From: Planctomycetota bacterium
Lineage (GTDB): Bacteria; Planctomycetota; MHYJ01; WSZJ01
NCBI GenBank assembly: GCA_038060895.1
Contig: JBBTCT010000009.1
Coordinates: forward strand, 336,082-400,081
Reading direction: 5' to 3'
Length of the DNA stretch: 64,000 nucleotides
Below are positions 7,050 to 18,183 of the stretch, one piece after another. The stretch's first letter is position 1. The number at the start of each line of letters is the position of its first letter. Made by a program: the position numbers and the translations under genes. Under the pieces are notes generated by a model. It was given only the letters and a program-made list of their open reading frames with translations. It ran no database searches and was not told the origin of the DNA.

Positions 7050-10000
7050 CTACCAGTCGTAGTAGTCGTAGTAGTCCTGCTGGGCGATGGCCGGGTCGTA
7101 GAGCCGGGCGCCGGGATTCGCGTCAAGCCACTCGATCCACTTTGCGGCGCGCGCGAAGGGAGGATCGCCCATCCGGTTTTCGCGCCTGGTCATGGAAGCG
7201 AGCGCGGCGACCGCTTCTTCCCGGACCACCGCGTCCTCGTCGTCGGTCAGCGGAGCCAGCAGCAAGGCCGAGGCGCGGGTAGGGGCGTAGCGGAGCGCGC
7301 GCAGGGCGGCGAGGCGGCGATCGGGGTCTGCCGAGGCGGCTGACTCCCCGAGGCGCGCGATGGCGCCGGCGTCCTCCAGGCGGGCGAGGGCGGCGAGCAT
7401 CCTGAGGCGCGTGTCCTCGGAGGGTTCGGCGCCCTCCGAAGCGTGAAGCGCGGCGACGGCGAGTCTCTTCGCGGGTCCGGCGGCGCGACTGATGGCGGTA
7501 GCCGCGGCGGCTCGCACGAGCGGGTCGGGGCGGCCGAGGAGCGGTATGAGGTTCGGGAGAGAGTCGGGGCCAAGGCGGGAGGTGAGGGCTTCGGTGGCAA
7601 TTTCGTCGCCGGAGGCGCCGCGGAACGCGGCGGCGGCGAGCAGGGAAAAGCCCTCGGCCGTGGGCTCCGTCTGAAAGGTCCTCGACGCCGAGAGACGGTC
7701 GACCCAGGACGCGCCGGCAAATTCGTCCTGCATCGGCCCGCTCGCCGTGCGCATGCTCGCCGGAACTTCGTCCGCTGAAGTCGGATCGACATAGCGGCCG
7801 ATCGCGGCGCGAAGGTCGAGCAGCGCTTCACGGCCCTGCTCGTCCCAGGCGGCTTCGTCGAGGATTGCAATGGAGAGCTGAAGCCAGCTGACTCGAATTC
7901 GAAAAGGCTCGATCTGTTCGCGGTGATGGCCGGCGAGTTGCCAGGCGCGGAGCAGGCTGCGAACCAGGGTGACGCGGTTCCCAGGCAGGAGCTCGAGAGC
8001 GGTGCTTCGGAGCCATGTCGGACCGTTCATGAGGCGATCGTGGATGTCCGGGAGGTCGCCGATCCAGGCCCGCGCCGCGACCGCGGCATCGGCCAGCGAA
8101 GGATCGGACGCGAGCGATGCCAGAAGTGCAGGAGTGGCGTTTCGCAGGGACTGGGAACCGAAATTCTGAACGAGAATGCGGGCTTTCTCAAGCGCGCCCG
8201 CTTCAAGCCGGCGCAGGGTGGCTCGCACGAGAGCATCGGCGACGGCGCGCGGAAGCGGGGCTCTCCACGCAAGGCCGCCGTTCTGGACGGCGTAGACCAG
8301 CGCGGCCTCGGCCGGATCTCCTTCCTGGGCGGCGAGATCCACGATTGCTTCTGCTGCTCCCTCGCTCCCCCAGCGGCTGGCCAGGAGGGAAGCGATGGCG
8401 TATCCGCGTATCGGCATGTCGGCGTTTCGGGCGGCGGCCGAGAGCAACCGGCAGCCCGGGGGGCCGCTGGCGGCGACGTGAGCGCACCACGCTGGCCAGC
8501 TCGCGACCTGCAGGTTCTCGAACTGCCGGATCAACATCCAGAGAAGCGCCGGTTCGCCGGTGTTGTAAATCGAATCCCGGACGTCGTCGGAAACGAACCG
8601 GTTCGCATGCGCGACTTTCAGCACGAGCGCGCGGTCTCCCCGCTGGAATATCGAGCGCGCCGCATCTGCGTTCAGAGGCGCCAGCGAGTCGGCCGTGCGC
8701 CGCAGCCGCGTCAGCGCGTAGCCCCGTGGCCGTGTCCACGCTTCACCCGGCCGGAGTTCGTCCTCGACGGGAAGGAGTTCCGGCGCCCGCCATCGTGCGA
8801 ATTCGCGCGCGCTTTCGGCGACCTCGGAGTCGTCGTCGTCGATCAGGGGCCGCGCTCTCTCCAGCAATTCCGGCCTGTGATCCATGTCATCCCACGCGCC
8901 CGGGAGAAGCGCCGATGCGTACCAGCGGTCGCCCGGGTCAGGCGACGCCGAGAGCCTCTTCCATTTGTGCCAGGGCACGCGGTAGGCATACCAGTCAAGC
9001 CAGGGGCGCGAGTCGAGTCCCTCGTCGAACTCGATTCCACCGCGCAATCCCAGGTCGATCACGCGCCGGGCGTTCGCGGCCGCAGCGCCCAGGTCCGGGT
9101 CCGACTCGAGCTCGAGGAGGGCGTCGTGGCCGTCGGGGCCCATGGAAGCGAGCATCTCCACGGCGAGAGTGGCCATGGCGCTGCTGGTGCGTCCGGCGGC
9201 GACAATTTCCCTGGCGGCCCATGCGACCTCGACCGGTGTGCAGAGACCCAGGGGCGAATCGACGGCGATGCGGGCCGCGCGCGCGAGCCTGCGGAAATGC
9301 TCGATCCTGTCGCGTGGCTCCTCGTCCCACCAGGCCTCGAGGTAATCGGTGAGCCGTTCCTCCGCCATTTCCCGGATTTCGTTCTCAGGGTCGTCCAGGA
9401 GCGCCGCGGCGCGCGCAAATCCTTCTGCCTCGCCGCAGGCGCGATTCAGCGCAACCAGCCTCGCATTCGATCGTGGTGAATTCGCCAGCTCTTCAAGCGC
9501 GGAAGGCGAGAGATCCCCTGACCAGTCGTCGGTTTCAAACGACTCGGCGAGCGCTTTCGCCCCGGCGTTGCGCACAAGCCTGGGAGCGTCGTGTCCGAAG
9601 CCGACCGGGATTCCCGCCGGCCGGCGCGCGCTCCAGGAAAGCCACGCAGCCTGCACCATGCGGGGCCGCCGCGGCTCCTCTGCCATGTTAGACAGGATGT
9701 CGAACCTCAGGACGGGATCGTCGGGAAGCGGAGGAAGGTCCTCAGGCCCACGCGCGATGTCGATGGCGGCGTTCCAGAGACCCGGCAGGACCAGGGGGTC
9801 CTTTTCGACGGAAACTGCCGCGCATATTTCGACGGACTGGCGCCAGTTCCCCTGAAGTTGAACAACCTGCGCGGCCGCGCGCCGTACTTCCCGGTTTCCG
9901 TCGCGCAGCCGAGCCGCGGCCAGTCGCGCCCAGCCGGCGTCGCGTGGAGGCGCAACCGCCAGAACTCGGAGCAAGCCCTGCACCTCGGCTTCCGGGCGCG

Positions 10001-10376
10001 CGGTCAGCACGCGATTGATCGCAGCCTCGGTCCGATAGGAGCCTGCCAGGACCATGAGCGCGACCGCTTCCGCTACCTCCACCGCCGTGCCGGTCTCGAG
10101 GACGAGCAGCGGTTCGAGGTCCACGAGGCGACACTCCGGATCCCACTTTCGCGCCGCAACGACAAGCGCGGCGGCGCCGGAAACGCCGCTGTCCGGCGAG
10201 GCAACAGCGGATGCAAGCGGCAGGGCCGCCTCCGGACCGGCCCGACGAAGCGCTTCCCGCGCGGCCCTGCGCGATTGGGCCGTTCCGCCGGCCAGCTCAC
10301 GGCATCGGGAATCCCAGTCCTCGCCGAAAGCGGCAAGCGGGGCGGCCAGAAGTATGACCAACGCGGCGGCGCGCAC
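7050..10376 (-). CDS. Large exported HEAT-repeat (alpha-solenoid) protein, paralog A
   Basis: Signal-peptide-like MRAAALVILLAAPLAAFG. HEAT-like units (LRDGNREVRRAAA, LLDDPENEIREMA, LTDDEDAVVREEA). TATACT 6 nt upstream. Confidence 0.8.
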   Translation of the reverse strand: MRAAALVILLAAPLAAFGEDWDSRCRELAGGTAQSRRAAREALRRAGPEAALPLASAVASPDSGVSGAAALVVAARKWDPECRLVDLEPLLVLETGTAVEVAEAVALMVLAGSYRTEAAINRVLTARPEAEVQGLLRVLAVAPPRDAGWARLAAARLRDGNREVRRAAAQVVQLQGNWRQSVEICAAVSVEKDPLVLPGLWNAAIDIARGPEDLPPLPDDPVLRFDILSNMAEEPRRPRMVQAAWLSWSARRPAGIPVGFGHDAPRLVRNAGAKALAESFETDDWSGDLSPSALEELANSPRSNARLVALNRACGEAEGFARAAALLDDPENEIREMAEERLTDYLEAWWDEEPRDRIEHFRRLARAARIAVDSPLGLCTPVEVAWAAREIVAAGRTSSAMATLAVEMLASMGPDGHDALLELESDPDLGAAAANARRVIDLGLRGGIEFDEGLDSRPWLDWYAYRVPWHKWKRLSASPDPGDRWYASALLPGAWDDMDHRPELLERARPLIDDDDSEVAESAREFARWRAPELLPVEDELRPGEAWTRPRGYALTRLRRTADSLAPLNADAARSIFQRGDRALVLKVAHANRFVSDDVRDSIYNTGEPALLWMLIRQFENLQVASWPAWCAHVAASGPPGCRLLSAAARNADMPIRGYAIASLLASRWGSEGAAEAIVDLAAQEGDPAEAALVYAVQNGGLAWRAPLPRAVADALVRATLRRLEAGALEKARILVQNFGSQSLRNATPALLASLASDPSLADAAVAARAWIGDLPDIHDRLMNGPTWLRSTALELLPGNRVTLVRSLLRAWQLAGHHREQIEPFRIRVSWLQLSIAILDEAAWDEQGREALLDLRAAIGRYVDPTSADEVPASMRTASGPMQDEFAGASWVDRLSASRTFQTEPTAEGFSLLAAAAFRGASGDEIATEALTSRLGPDSLPNLIPLLGRPDPLVRAAAATAISRAAGPAKRLAVAALHASEGAEPSEDTRLRMLAALARLEDAGAIARLGESAASADPDRRLAALRALRYAPTRASALLLAPLTDDEDAVVREEAVAALASMTRRENRMGDPPFARAAKWIEWLDANPGARLYDPAIAQQDYYDYYDW

Positions 10377-10516
10377 CGGCTGAGTATACCGCCGGCAGTA
10401 TTCCCGTCCGGAGCGTTCCGAAGGTCACCTGCGCCCCATCGTGGCCCGCCATCGCTTACGACGCGCTCAAGCTCCTCGAACTCGCAGAAATCCGACATCG
10501 ACCGATGCTCACGTTC

Positions 10517-13500
10517 TCAGTTGCCCTGTTCGATCCGGAACTCGGTCCCCGGATTCTCCGCAAGCCATCTCTTCCAGTCCCGGACCGCCCAGGGCGTGCA
10601 TTCCGGCGCAAATTCGCGGAGCGTCATCCGCTGAAGCGCGGCGTGAGCAGCATCACGCACCGGGAAGTCGGCGTCTTCGGCAAGGGTGGCGAGAACACCC
10701 GCGGCGTTGGTTCCCGGCGCATGTTCGAGGGCCCGGGCCGCGGCGAGCCTGTCGTCGGCGTCCGTCGAAGACGCCAGCGCGCACAGCGCTTCGAGCCCCG
10801 CCGGGTCATTCAGCCGGACGAGGGCCGCGAGCTTGGCCGAACGGGCGGCCCGGTCCGATTCGCCCTCCAGCGAGATCCGAAGCGCGGCGCAGGCAAATCG
10901 CGGGGCAAACCCCCCGAGCCTGCCGATTCGCTTCGCCGCGGACTGCCGGACGCCGGGGGGAGCTGCATTGAGAAGCGGGACCAGGCGGGGAATCGCATCG
11001 GGACCGAGACGAGGAATGACGGCGTTGAGCGCGACCTCGTCGCCGGTGTCGCCACGGAACGCCGCGGCGCAGAGGGCGAAGAATCCGGGAGACGGTTCCT
11101 TTGACATGGACGACGAGACGGCCCGATTGCGGCGGAGCATGGAATTCCCGTCAAACTCGACGGGAGCGACAACTTCAAACATCCTCCAGGACGTCGTGGG
11201 CGTGAAGATCGGGGCGTAGTACCAGCGCCGTGCGAGACGTCTCAGCTGGAGCAGCGAGTCGCGCCATTCAGCTTCGTCGGCGGCGAAGGAGAGCAGGGCC
11301 AGGTCAGTCAATTCGCCGGATCGCTGCAGCGCCCAGGTCTCGGAAGAATCGTTGAGGCTCCCGCAGGTGAGCCACGACCACGTCGCGAGGCGGATCGATT
11401 TCAGGCTCCGCGCGGGCAGGCGTGAAAGCCCGCGAGAGCGGGAATTCCGGTCGCCCGCGAGGATCTGGACTTCCGGCGAAACGGCAGGTGAAAACTCGAG
11501 GCCGTACGTCCGGGCGATCGAGGAAATGGCAGGGTCTCTGGCAAGGGCGGCCCGTGAGTCGCTGGAAGCGCGCGAAATGGACTCGCCCAGCGTGGCCACC
11601 AGAGATTCCAGCTCGGCAGGACTGCCGCCGTCCGCGGCTGTGCGCAAGAGGACCGAGGCGATGGAGTCGGCCATGCGCGGAGTGAAGGGCTGTCTATTGC
11701 GGCCGGGCGCCGCCCGAAGGGACTCCCGGAGGAGCTTTCGCTCTTCTTCCACGGCTGACGCCGCCATCGCTTCCACGATCGGTTCCGAAAAGGGATCGGC
11801 CCAGGGGCGGGAGAGCAGGGAAGCGAGCGCAACGGTGCGGACTTTGGGGCTGGCATCGCGTGCGATTGCGGCGACGACGCGGGCCCCCTCCTGAGAACAG
11901 GAAGCCAGAGCGGAGAACCACGGCGCGCTAAGAGGAGCTTCCAGATCCGCCAACCGTGGGAGCAGGATCGGGAGCAGGCCGGCTTCGCCTCCCGGCGCGA
12001 TGAGGGCCAGTTCGGTCCCTGCCTGGTCGAATCGTCCGGCGCGCACTGCCGCCAGCACGAGCGCGCGGTCGCCGTGCGTGACGAGGAGGGAGGCCTTTTG
12101 CCGGTCCAGGACGACGCCAGGGGCCAGCGCGGCGCGCAGACGCGAAAGGACGTAGGGACGCGGGCGGCTCCAGGCCTCCCGGTAATCGATGTCCTCGCGC
12201 TCGGGCAATTGCTCAGGAGCCTGGCTCGCGAGGAATGCGATCGCCGGCTGGCTCACGGCTGCATCCTGCGCCTCCGCCAGCCTTCGAACGTCGGCGGCCG
12301 TCTCGTGGCGCACATCGAGTCGGTCCCAGGCGTCGCTCATCATCGCCCCTGCGAGTTGCCTCTCCTCGGCTTCCTCGGATCGCACGAGCCTCCGCCAGCC
12401 CTCCATGTCCACGCCGTCAAGCCACCCGGACCTCACGCGGGGCGCACTTTCCATTCCGCGTCCGAAGCTGACGCCTTGCGGCGGGATTCTGAACTCGAGC
12501 AACCGCCGCACTCTCTTCGCCGCGTCTCCCAGTTCCTTGTCCGCTTCCAGCTCCTTGAGGGCCGCCATCGTCCGGGCTCGCGCGATCCAGTATGCCGGGT
12601 AGGCAATCATGGCTCCCGACGAGGATGAGAGCCCTGCCTCGAGAAGGGCTCGCACCGCCCACTCAACTTCTTGCGTCTCCCCCAGGCCCGCGGCTGAATC
12701 GATCAGAATACGCGCGGCGGCGCCGATTCGGGCGAGAGCCGCACGACGCTCCGATTCGGGCTTCTGCTCGTTGGCGCGATCCCAGCGCTCCAGCGCCCCC
12801 AACGCGGCCTGGCGGACTCCGAAGTCGGGATCTGAAAGGAAGAGTGAGACCCGGGCAACCTCAACAGGGGAGAGCTCGTCGTTGACGGCCACTGACCATC
12901 GCGCCTGCCGGCTCGGCGAATCGGAGAGCTCTGAGCGCAGGCCCAGCGGCAAAGGACGCGGCCCGTATTGCGCCGGCAATTCTTCGACGTACGACGCCGT
13001 CCCGATCAGGCGCAGCAATCGCGAAGGCTCGTCCCAGAATGCCGGGGGAATCGTGGCAGGCCTGCGCTTTTCCAGGGCCCGCCACGCGGCCGCGCGCAAG
13101 TCGGATGAAGGGCCGCCGGCCATCCACCCAAGCACCGTCGAAAACTCTTCGGGGTCGAGCGGAAGGGCGGGCAACTCGGCCGGGGAGCCGGACGTCCAGA
13201 TGAGCACAGACCACAGCTGGGACCGGATCTCTCGATCAGTTTCGCGATCCAGCGCCAGCCGGATGTCGCCTATCTGCTCGCGCCCCGCCTGCGCCGCAAG
13301 CGCCATCGCGGCCGCAGAGCGGACTTCGCGCGCGGGATTTCGAAACTCCCGAAGAGCCTCGCGGGCCCAGCCCCGGTCCCGGGCGGCGGAACCGTTTCCC
13401 AGGCACCGCACGCAGGCAGCGCGGTCCGCGGGTGCACAGGCCTCGAGGATGCGACGCACCGCGAGACCCGACACCGCCGATCCGAATCCGATGAGCCGCC

Positions 13501-13801
13501 CGAGCGCGATCAGTCGCTTCCCGATCTCCGGCGATGCCACCTCGCCAAATACCTCCACGTCCGCGACCTTCGCTTCCGGGTCCCATCGCCTCGCCTCCCG
13601 GACCGCCCGCGCCAGGCCTCCGACTTCCACCTGTGCCGTCTCCAGCGCTTCGTCCGCCTCGGGCCCTGCCTTGCGAAGCGCTTCGATCGCAGCGGACCGC
13701 TCGCTTGCCGATTCGGAAGCGAGTTGCCGGCAGAGACTGACGAGATCTTCTGCGCGAGCGGGCAGCGCCAGCAGGAAAAGGGCAGCGAGAGCGCGGCGCA
13801 T
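10517..13801 (-). CDS. Large exported HEAT-repeat protein, paralog B
   Basis: Signal-peptide-like MRRALAALFLLALPARA. HEAT units (FLSDPDFGVRQAA, LAEDADFPVRDAA). Colinear similarity to 7050..10376. TATAAT 6 nt upstream. Confidence 0.8.
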   Translation of the reverse strand: MRRALAALFLLALPARAEDLVSLCRQLASESASERSAAIEALRKAGPEADEALETAQVEVGGLARAVREARRWDPEAKVADVEVFGEVASPEIGKRLIALGRLIGFGSAVSGLAVRRILEACAPADRAACVRCLGNGSAARDRGWAREALREFRNPAREVRSAAAMALAAQAGREQIGDIRLALDRETDREIRSQLWSVLIWTSGSPAELPALPLDPEEFSTVLGWMAGGPSSDLRAAAWRALEKRRPATIPPAFWDEPSRLLRLIGTASYVEELPAQYGPRPLPLGLRSELSDSPSRQARWSVAVNDELSPVEVARVSLFLSDPDFGVRQAALGALERWDRANEQKPESERRAALARIGAAARILIDSAAGLGETQEVEWAVRALLEAGLSSSSGAMIAYPAYWIARARTMAALKELEADKELGDAAKRVRRLLEFRIPPQGVSFGRGMESAPRVRSGWLDGVDMEGWRRLVRSEEAEERQLAGAMMSDAWDRLDVRHETAADVRRLAEAQDAAVSQPAIAFLASQAPEQLPEREDIDYREAWSRPRPYVLSRLRAALAPGVVLDRQKASLLVTHGDRALVLAAVRAGRFDQAGTELALIAPGGEAGLLPILLPRLADLEAPLSAPWFSALASCSQEGARVVAAIARDASPKVRTVALASLLSRPWADPFSEPIVEAMAASAVEEERKLLRESLRAAPGRNRQPFTPRMADSIASVLLRTAADGGSPAELESLVATLGESISRASSDSRAALARDPAISSIARTYGLEFSPAVSPEVQILAGDRNSRSRGLSRLPARSLKSIRLATWSWLTCGSLNDSSETWALQRSGELTDLALLSFAADEAEWRDSLLQLRRLARRWYYAPIFTPTTSWRMFEVVAPVEFDGNSMLRRNRAVSSSMSKEPSPGFFALCAAAFRGDTGDEVALNAVIPRLGPDAIPRLVPLLNAAPPGVRQSAAKRIGRLGGFAPRFACAALRISLEGESDRAARSAKLAALVRLNDPAGLEALCALASSTDADDRLAAARALEHAPGTNAAGVLATLAEDADFPVRDAAHAALQRMTLREFAPECTPWAVRDWKRWLAENPGTEFRIEQGN

Positions 13802-13892
13802 GGGTGGATTATAAGGCCAGGAGGACCCTGATGTTCAGCCACAGTATCCGAACGGAAATTGAGATCCCAGGTTCAATCGGGCCTGGCGGAAT

Positions 13893-14666
13893 CTATGCGC
13901 CGCCCCCGCCTTCGACCTCGGGTCTGTCCAGAATCGATGCGCTGATGTAATCCCGGTTCATCCGCGCGATGAATTCCACGCCGATCGACTTCGGACAGGC
14001 CGCTTCGCATTCCCGCGTGTTCGTGCAGTTCCCGAATCCTTCCTTGTCCATCTGGCGCACCATTTTCTGGGCGCGGGAGGCGCGCTCCGGCTGACCCTGC
14101 GGCAGGAGTCCGAGGTGGGAAACCTTCGCGGCCGTGAAGAGCATGGCGCTTGCGTTCGGGCACGCCGCGACGCAGGCCCCGCAGCCGATGCAGGCTGCCG
14201 CGTCCATCGCCAGGTCCGCGGACTTCTTTGAAATGGGCGATGAGTTCGCTTCAGGCGCATTTCCCGTGTTCACACTGATGAATCCGCCGGCCGCGATCAC
14301 GCGGTCGAATGCCGCGCGATCGACGGCAAGGTCCCGGACGACCGGAAACGCGCCGGCCCGGAAGGGTTCGAGAACGATCTCGTCGCCGTCCTTGAACGAG
14401 CGCATATGAAGCTGGCAGGTCGTGGTCGCGGGTTTCGGGCCGTGAGGAATTCCGTCGATGACGATTCCGCACATCCCGCAGATTCCTTCGCGGCAGTCAT
14501 GATCGAACGCCACCGGGTCCTCGCCTTTTTCGATCAGGCGCTCGTTCAGGACGTCCAGCATCTCAAGGAACGACATCTCCGGGCTCGCGTCCGGGACGTC
14601 GTAGGTCACCATTTTCCCCGCCTCTCGCGGTCCTCTCTGGCGCCAGATGTGCAGCTTCAGCTTCAT
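13893..14666 (-). CDS. sdhB: Succinate dehydrogenase/fumarate reductase Fe-S subunit
   Basis: [37 protein letters not shown] overlaps the sdhA stop. Confidence 0.95.
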   Translation of the reverse strand: MKLKLHIWRQRGPREAGKMVTYDVPDASPEMSFLEMLDVLNERLIEKGEDPVAFDHDCREGICGMCGIVIDGIPHGPKPATTTCQLHMRSFKDGDEIVLEPFRAGAFPVVRDLAVDRAAFDRVIAAGGFISVNTGNAPEANSSPISKKSADLAMDAAACIGCGACVAACPNASAMLFTAAKVSHLGLLPQGQPERASRAQKMVRQMDKEGFGNCTNTRECEAACPKSIGVEFIARMNRDYISASILDRPEVEGGGGA

Positions 14667-16579
14667 TATTTGTAGCTCCGCTGCGTGGGATGGACGATCT
14701 CGAACGTCAGGGGCTCCTTGTGTAATTCCGCTTTCTGCCCGGCGCCTTTCCACTCCCACGCGCCGACATACGCGAATTTGTCGTCGTCGCGCCTTGCTTC
14801 GCCTTCCGGAGTCTGGAATTCTTCCCGGAAGTGCCCGCCGCAGGATTCGTTTCGATGCAGGGCGTCGGTGCAAGTGAGCTCGCCGAATTCGAGGAAATCG
14901 GCGACGCGGCCGGCCTTTTCGAGCTGCTGGTTGAATTCATCCCCCGCTCCCGTGACCGCCAGGTTCTTCCAGAACTCTTCCCGCAATTCGGGGATCCGTT
15001 GAAGGGCCTTCTGCAGCCCGGCGGCATTTCGACCCATGCCGCAGTGATCCCACATGATCTTGCCCAGTTCCCGGTGGAAGGAGTCGGGGGAGCGCTTTCC
15101 CCGGATGGCGAGCAACCTGGCAACCCGGCCTGCGACTTCTTCCAGAACCGACTTGCAGGCAGCGTTGTCGGGCTCGATCTTTTCCAGTTTCGAGCTGGCC
15201 AGGTAGTGGCCGATGGTGTAGGGGAGGATGAAGTACCCGTCCGCGAGCCCCTGCATGAGCGCGGAAGCGCCGAGCCGGTTTGCGCCGTGGTCGCTGAAGT
15301 TCGCTTCGCCGAGTACGAACAACCCCGGCACGTTGGACATCAGGTTGTAGTCAACCCACAACCCGCCCATCGTGTAGTGAATGGCAGGGTAAATGCGCAT
15401 CGGGAGCTTGTAGGGGTTTTCGTCCGTGATGCGCTCGTACATCTCGAACAGATTTCCGTACTTGTCGGAAATGGTCTTCTCGCCCAGGCGCTTGATTGCG
15501 TCGCCGAAGTCGAGGTAAACGCCCAGCCCTCCAGGCCCGACCCCGCGTCCTTCGTCGCACGCGGCCTTTGCAGCGCGCGACGCCACGTCGCGAGGCACGA
15601 GATTTCCGAAAGACGGGTACCGGCGCTCCAGGTAGTAGTCGCGCTCGCCCTCCGGGATCTGCTGGGGAGACCGCTTGTCCCCCTTCTGCACCGGCACCCA
15701 GATGCGCCCGTCGTTGCGCAGCGATTCGCTCATCAGCGTCAGTTTCGACTGGTATTCGCCGCTGACCGGGATGCAGGTCGGATGGATCTGCGTGTAGCAC
15801 GGGTTCGCCATCAGCGCGCCGCGCCGGTGCGCCCGCCAGATCGCGGAAACGTTGCAATGCTTCGCGTTGGTCGAGAGGAAAAAGAGATTTCCGTAACCGC
15901 CTGTCGCGAGGCAGACCGCGTCTCCGGTGTGGACGTCGACCTTGCCCGTGACAAGGTGACGCGTCACGATTCCGCGCGCCGCGCCGTTGACGAGGATCAG
16001 GTCGAGCATCTCCGTGCGCGGAAACATCTCCACGTTCCCGAGCCCGATCTGCCGCTCCAGGGCCTGGTACGCGCCGAGCAGGAGCTGCTGACCCGTCTGT
16101 CCCCTCGCGTAGAAAGTCCGGCTGACCTGGGTCCCGCCGAAAGACCGGTTCGCCAGCAGCCCGCCGTACTCGCGCGCAAACGGCACCCCTTGGGCGACGC
16201 ACTGGTCGATGATGCCGACCGAAATCTCCGCGAGCCGGTGCACGTTTGCTTCGCGCGCCCGGTAGTCCCCGCCCTTCACCGTGTCGTAAAACAGCCGGTG
16301 CACCGAGTCGCCGTCGTTGCAGTAATTCTTCGCCGCGTTGATGCCGCCCTGCGCGGCGATCGAGTGCGCCCGCCGCGGGCTGTCCTGGAAACAGTACGCC
16401 TTCACCTTGTACCCCAGTTCGGCCATCGAAGCGGCCGCCGAAGCCCCCGCGAGCCCCGTTCCCACGACCAGCACGGTGTACTTGCGTTTGTTCGCCGGGT
16501 TCACCAGCTTCATGTCGAAGCGGTGCTTTTCCCACTTCTGCGCCATCGGCCCGGACGGGATGTTGGATTTGAGTTCCAT
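14666..16579 (-). CDS. sdhA: Succinate dehydrogenase/fumarate reductase flavoprotein subunit
   Basis: [45 protein letters not shown]. Confidence 0.95.
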   Translation of the reverse strand: MELKSNIPSGPMAQKWEKHRFDMKLVNPANKRKYTVLVVGTGLAGASAAASMAELGYKVKAYCFQDSPRRAHSIAAQGGINAAKNYCNDGDSVHRLFYDTVKGGDYRAREANVHRLAEISVGIIDQCVAQGVPFAREYGGLLANRSFGGTQVSRTFYARGQTGQQLLLGAYQALERQIGLGNVEMFPRTEMLDLILVNGAARGIVTRHLVTGKVDVHTGDAVCLATGGYGNLFFLSTNAKHCNVSAIWRAHRRGALMANPCYTQIHPTCIPVSGEYQSKLTLMSESLRNDGRIWVPVQKGDKRSPQQIPEGERDYYLERRYPSFGNLVPRDVASRAAKAACDEGRGVGPGGLGVYLDFGDAIKRLGEKTISDKYGNLFEMYERITDENPYKLPMRIYPAIHYTMGGLWVDYNLMSNVPGLFVLGEANFSDHGANRLGASALMQGLADGYFILPYTIGHYLASSKLEKIEPDNAACKSVLEEVAGRVARLLAIRGKRSPDSFHRELGKIMWDHCGMGRNAAGLQKALQRIPELREEFWKNLAVTGAGDEFNQQLEKAGRVADFLEFGELTCTDALHRNESCGGHFREEFQTPEGEARRDDDKFAYVGAWEWKGAGQKAELHKEPLTFEIVHPTQRSYK

Positions 16580-17253
16580 TACTTGAGGATCCCCAACATG
16601 ACGGAGACCGGGATCGAGATGTAGCCGACGGCGATGGCGGAAGCGATGGCGATGGAGGCAAAGCGCAGCGTGGGCGTGTACTTCGGGTGGTTGACCCCGA
16701 ACGTCTGGCACATCGACCAGAGCCCGTGGGACAGGTGCTGCGCAAGCATCAGCATCGCGACGATGTAGACGAGCGAGACGGCCTTGTTCTGGAACGCCGT
16801 GACGACGTTGGCGTAAACGTCGTCGGGGTTGAAGTTCGAGTGAGCGTGACCCGTCGTGAAATGCAGCAGGTGATAGACGGCATAAATCAGGATGAGCGGC
16901 CCGCTCACCATCATGGTGCGCGCTGCGTAATCCGCTTCGCGCCAGCGACGCACCTGGTATTTCACGGGGCGAGCGGCCTTGTTCTCCAGGGCCAGCCGGA
17001 TCGCCGTTGCCACATGCAGGAGCACGATCACCAGGAGGCCGAGCCTCGCCCCCCACAGGACCAGGGGCTTGCTCTTGATCATGTGCCCGTACTCGGTCAG
17101 GGCGTGCTTGTCGGGGAGGAAAACCTGCAGGTTTCCAAGGAGGTGCACAACCACGAAGCCGAAGAGCATGAGCCCCGTGGTCGCCATGACGCCCTTCTTG
17201 CCAATCGAGGAGCGCAGGAAGTCTCTCACCCAGCAGCCCGTCGATCCGCCCAT
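16579..17253 (-). CDS. sdhC: Succinate dehydrogenase cytochrome b subunit (b558 type)
   Basis: [13 protein letters not shown], about 5 TM helices with His ligands ([20 protein letters not shown]). Confidence 0.92.
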   Translation of the reverse strand: MGGSTGCWVRDFLRSSIGKKGVMATTGLMLFGFVVVHLLGNLQVFLPDKHALTEYGHMIKSKPLVLWGARLGLLVIVLLHVATAIRLALENKAARPVKYQVRRWREADYAARTMMVSGPLILIYAVYHLLHFTTGHAHSNFNPDDVYANVVTAFQNKAVSLVYIVAMLMLAQHLSHGLWSMCQTFGVNHPKYTPTLRFASIAIASAIAVGYISIPVSVMLGILK

Positions 17254-17467
17254 GGCGCGACTCCAAGGTGTCCCGCGCCGACCGCGGGAGAAAAACGAGT
17301 TTCAGCGGCGGTCCGGCATTTGTCAAATTCCATGGGACGCCGGAAGTTTCGCAGAGCGTCATTTTCCTCTATTCCCGCGAATCGCCGGGATGCGGGAGAA
17401 CGCGCTTTCTCCCTCGATTGGGTGTCACGCTGTAGCATCCGCGGTTCACCTCGTGACTGGAGCCGCC

Positions 17468-18085
17468 ATGCGCCTCTTCTGCGCTGTCGATACCGATCCG
17501 GCGCTCCACGCTTTGCTTGCCCAGGCCATCGAGACCCTTCGCCGCAGCGACCCGGATGCGAAGTGGACGACCTCCCCGCAATGGCATGTGACACTCAAGT
17601 TCCTGGGCGAAGTCGGCACCCTGGCCTTGCCGGAAATCCTCGACCTCCTCTCGCGCGAGGCTGCAGCCGCTGCTCCTGCGCCCCTCCGCCTGAACGGGGT
17701 CGGCGTCTTTGGGGGCCTGAAACCTCGAATCGTTCTCGCGAAAGTCGAAGATCCGGCCGGCATCCTGGCGCAGCTCGCCGGCGTTCTGGATCGCGGGCTC
17801 AGACCCCTCGGTTTCCACCCGGACAACCACCTTTTCAGTGCGCACGTGACCCTGGCGCGCACCCGGTCCGACCGGAATGCTCGGGCGCTTCTCGAGGAGA
17901 TTCGCGGCGCGCAGGGCATTCTCCGTGGAGATTGGACTGCCCGGGAAGTCGTCCTGTACCAGTCGATCCTGAAGCCAGGCGGCGCCGAGTATTCGGCCAT
18001 TCTCCGGGCGCCCCTGGGCCCTGGAAAACTTCCGGACAACCGGAACCCGCGGCGGGCCGCCGTAAGAGGCGACCTGCGCCGCTGA
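17468..18085 (+). CDS. thpR: RNA 2',3'-cyclic phosphodiesterase (2H family)
   Basis: MRLFCAV start, two HxT motifs ([16 protein letters not shown]), VLYQS. Upstream of recA. SD GGAG. Confidence 0.9.
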   Translation: MRLFCAVDTDPALHALLAQAIETLRRSDPDAKWTTSPQWHVTLKFLGEVGTLALPEILDLLSREAAAAAPAPLRLNGVGVFGGLKPRIVLAKVEDPAGILAQLAGVLDRGLRPLGFHPDNHLFSAHVTLARTRSDRNARALLEEIRGAQGILRGDWTAREVVLYQSILKPGGAEYSAILRAPLGPGKLPDNRNPRRAAVRGDLRR

Positions 18086-18183
18086 GCCGACGGAATATTC
18101 GCTCGCCCTCGCCGCATGTTTTCTCGCGGCCTGAAAGCGCGGAGTCCGGTAGTCTGTCGCAATCCTCTTCACGGAAACCTCTC

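Noticed and set aside
16580-17362. Apparent SdhA N-terminal extension or SdhC-SdhA fusion
   Set aside because: Alternate open frame over sdhC. The TAATG overlap gives normal translational coupling.
16687-18183. Apparent 500-aa N-terminal extension of RecA
   Set aside because: It overlaps sdhC (antisense) and thpR (another frame). RecA homology begins at ATG 18184.
18086-18183. LexA box upstream of recA
   Set aside because: No match to the LexA motifs I know (CTGT-N8-ACAG, GAAC-N4-GTTC, GTTC-N7-GTTC).
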